Assembly (NCBI GenBank): GCA_964016885.1
Contig: OZ024752.1
Coordinates: 34,348,001-34,412,000, forward strand
DNA from: Eledone cirrhosa
Lineage: Eukaryota
Reading direction: 5' to 3'
DNA length: 64,000 bases
In this document: positions 58,541-64,000 of the stretch, one piece after another
How positions within the stretch are numbered: position 1 is the stretch's first letter
Layout: every line of letters begins with the position of its first letter
The notes under the pieces: model-generated
What the model was told of the DNA's origin: nothing
Database searches by the model: none
What the model saw: only the letters and a program-made list of their open reading frames with translations
Translations under genes and position numbers: made by a program

Positions 58541-58626
58541 CCTCGACTACGTAGTTTCGTGGCATAAACAAAAACAATATATCAAAGATATAGAGTCCTT
58601 GCGAGGTCTGCCGACTTATCAAGAGG
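58541..58626 (-). ncRNA. Type I hammerhead ribozyme, U3-A8 core, palindromic stem III
   Basis: cctc TTGATAA gtcGGCA..TGCCac GAAA CTACGTAG TC^gagg. Confidence 0.68.
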
Positions 58627-59176
58627 ATACCTCATTTTACTAGTCTCAAGAACGCGTCTACACGACGTGAGAAAGAATCCCAAAAGGCGGAGGGGGAGAC
58701 AGTCACGCGATATAACGGTCGAGAAACAGAGCTAAGCCTCTTATAACCACGAAGAAAATACCACGGAGGCGGAGGGGGTATTCATATCGAGGCCGTAGAA
58801 GAGGTAGTGAAGAAGGCGAGAAGTATGAGTAATGGAAGCTTTCCAGTTGTCCCCACACCTCAAAGATTGCTCGACCAGAGGGAGTTATTAATATATTTAG
58901 AAACACACAGATACATGCGGACACACACATATATACATGAATGCATCCGCACCCAACTGTGAGTTAAGGGTGCCAACTTCACCGATGTTGCTCAATGAAT
59001 GACTGGGACAGACCAATTCAGTTTGAACCAGACTGAACCAGTATCAGAGTTAAAAATACATTATGAAGAGAGAAGAAACATTTAGATATAATTAGTAATA
59101 AAATGTATCATACCTAAACTGTTATATACGATATTAAACAAATGGAAACTATATTTATAAAACCATATTTATTTCA

Positions 59177-59231
59177 TTATACATATTTCGGGGATACCAT
59201 ATTAAAAATATGGCATGCCTTCTTCAGATAA
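59177..59231 (-). ncRNA. Degenerate PLE-type hammerhead
   Basis: CTGAAGA aggcATGCCATATT tt AATATGGTAT cccc GAAA tatg TA; stem I poor. Confidence 0.45.
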
Positions 59232-59372
59232 AATACAATATATAAACATTTTATAAATAATTTTGACGTACCATATTTGTTTAATATCGTATATCTACTC
59301 CAAAACTTGTCGAGTGCTTTATATCAGTTATAAAATATTTACTTGTAACACAACAATTTTATATAAAACTTT

Positions 59373-59429
<57 letters not shown>

Positions 59430-59919
59430 CGAAAGAAATGTGGTAAGGAACCAGGTGGACCATAACGCATCAAAGTACTCAATACTTAGGGTAGTAGAGT
59501 GGGTAATAAGAACGAGTAGGACCCCGACGGCTGAGCTCAGCCGTCGGGGTCCTACTCGTTCCTATATATATATATAACTTTGATAACTTTGATAGGTTTC
59601 GGCCAGTATTGGCCCAGGCCATGTCTAACTTAATAGCACCACCTGGCTATATATATATATATATATGTGTGTATGTATCGACTAGCTTTCCCGTATATAC
59701 ATTGAAAGAGAAATGAAATTATGTAACGACCATTGCTTTACAAGAATGGAAGTAAAAAGTAAACTGGTTTCAACTGAGAATCGAAACCGGACGGGAACCG
59801 TCGTCCCGTCCCCCAATAACCGACAACTTACATCTACGGTGTTCCTGGCTGTTAGCTTGTTACTTTGATACAAACAATGATTGTTTAGTTTTTCGCATCT
59901 GTTTGATTTCGTTACATAT

Positions 59920-64000
<4,081 letters not shown>

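Overview
Repeat-dominated, AT-rich eukaryotic DNA with no supportable host protein-coding exon. The microsatellite load and tRNA-derived SINEs suggest an octopus-like cephalopod (inference). It holds a near-complete Tx1/L1-type non-LTR retrotransposon (1-5290, minus; ORF2 broken by one TAG), fragments of CR1-, RTE- and CRE-like LINEs, >25 SINE copies (including a 6-copy tandem array), three head-to-tail non-autonomous Helitrons, several MITEs and satellites, and many short Penelope-like (PLE) termini in (TA)n carrying about ten canonical or degenerate type I hammerhead ribozyme folds. The main discovery is a 3-copy element (23.9, 54.2, 54.7 kb). It has every hammerhead core nucleotide, but its three strands lie in reversed, non-circularly-permuted order. 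The resulting pseudoknotted fold includes a kink-turn and is supported by compensatory changes between copies. All folds were read by eye; none was computed or tested.
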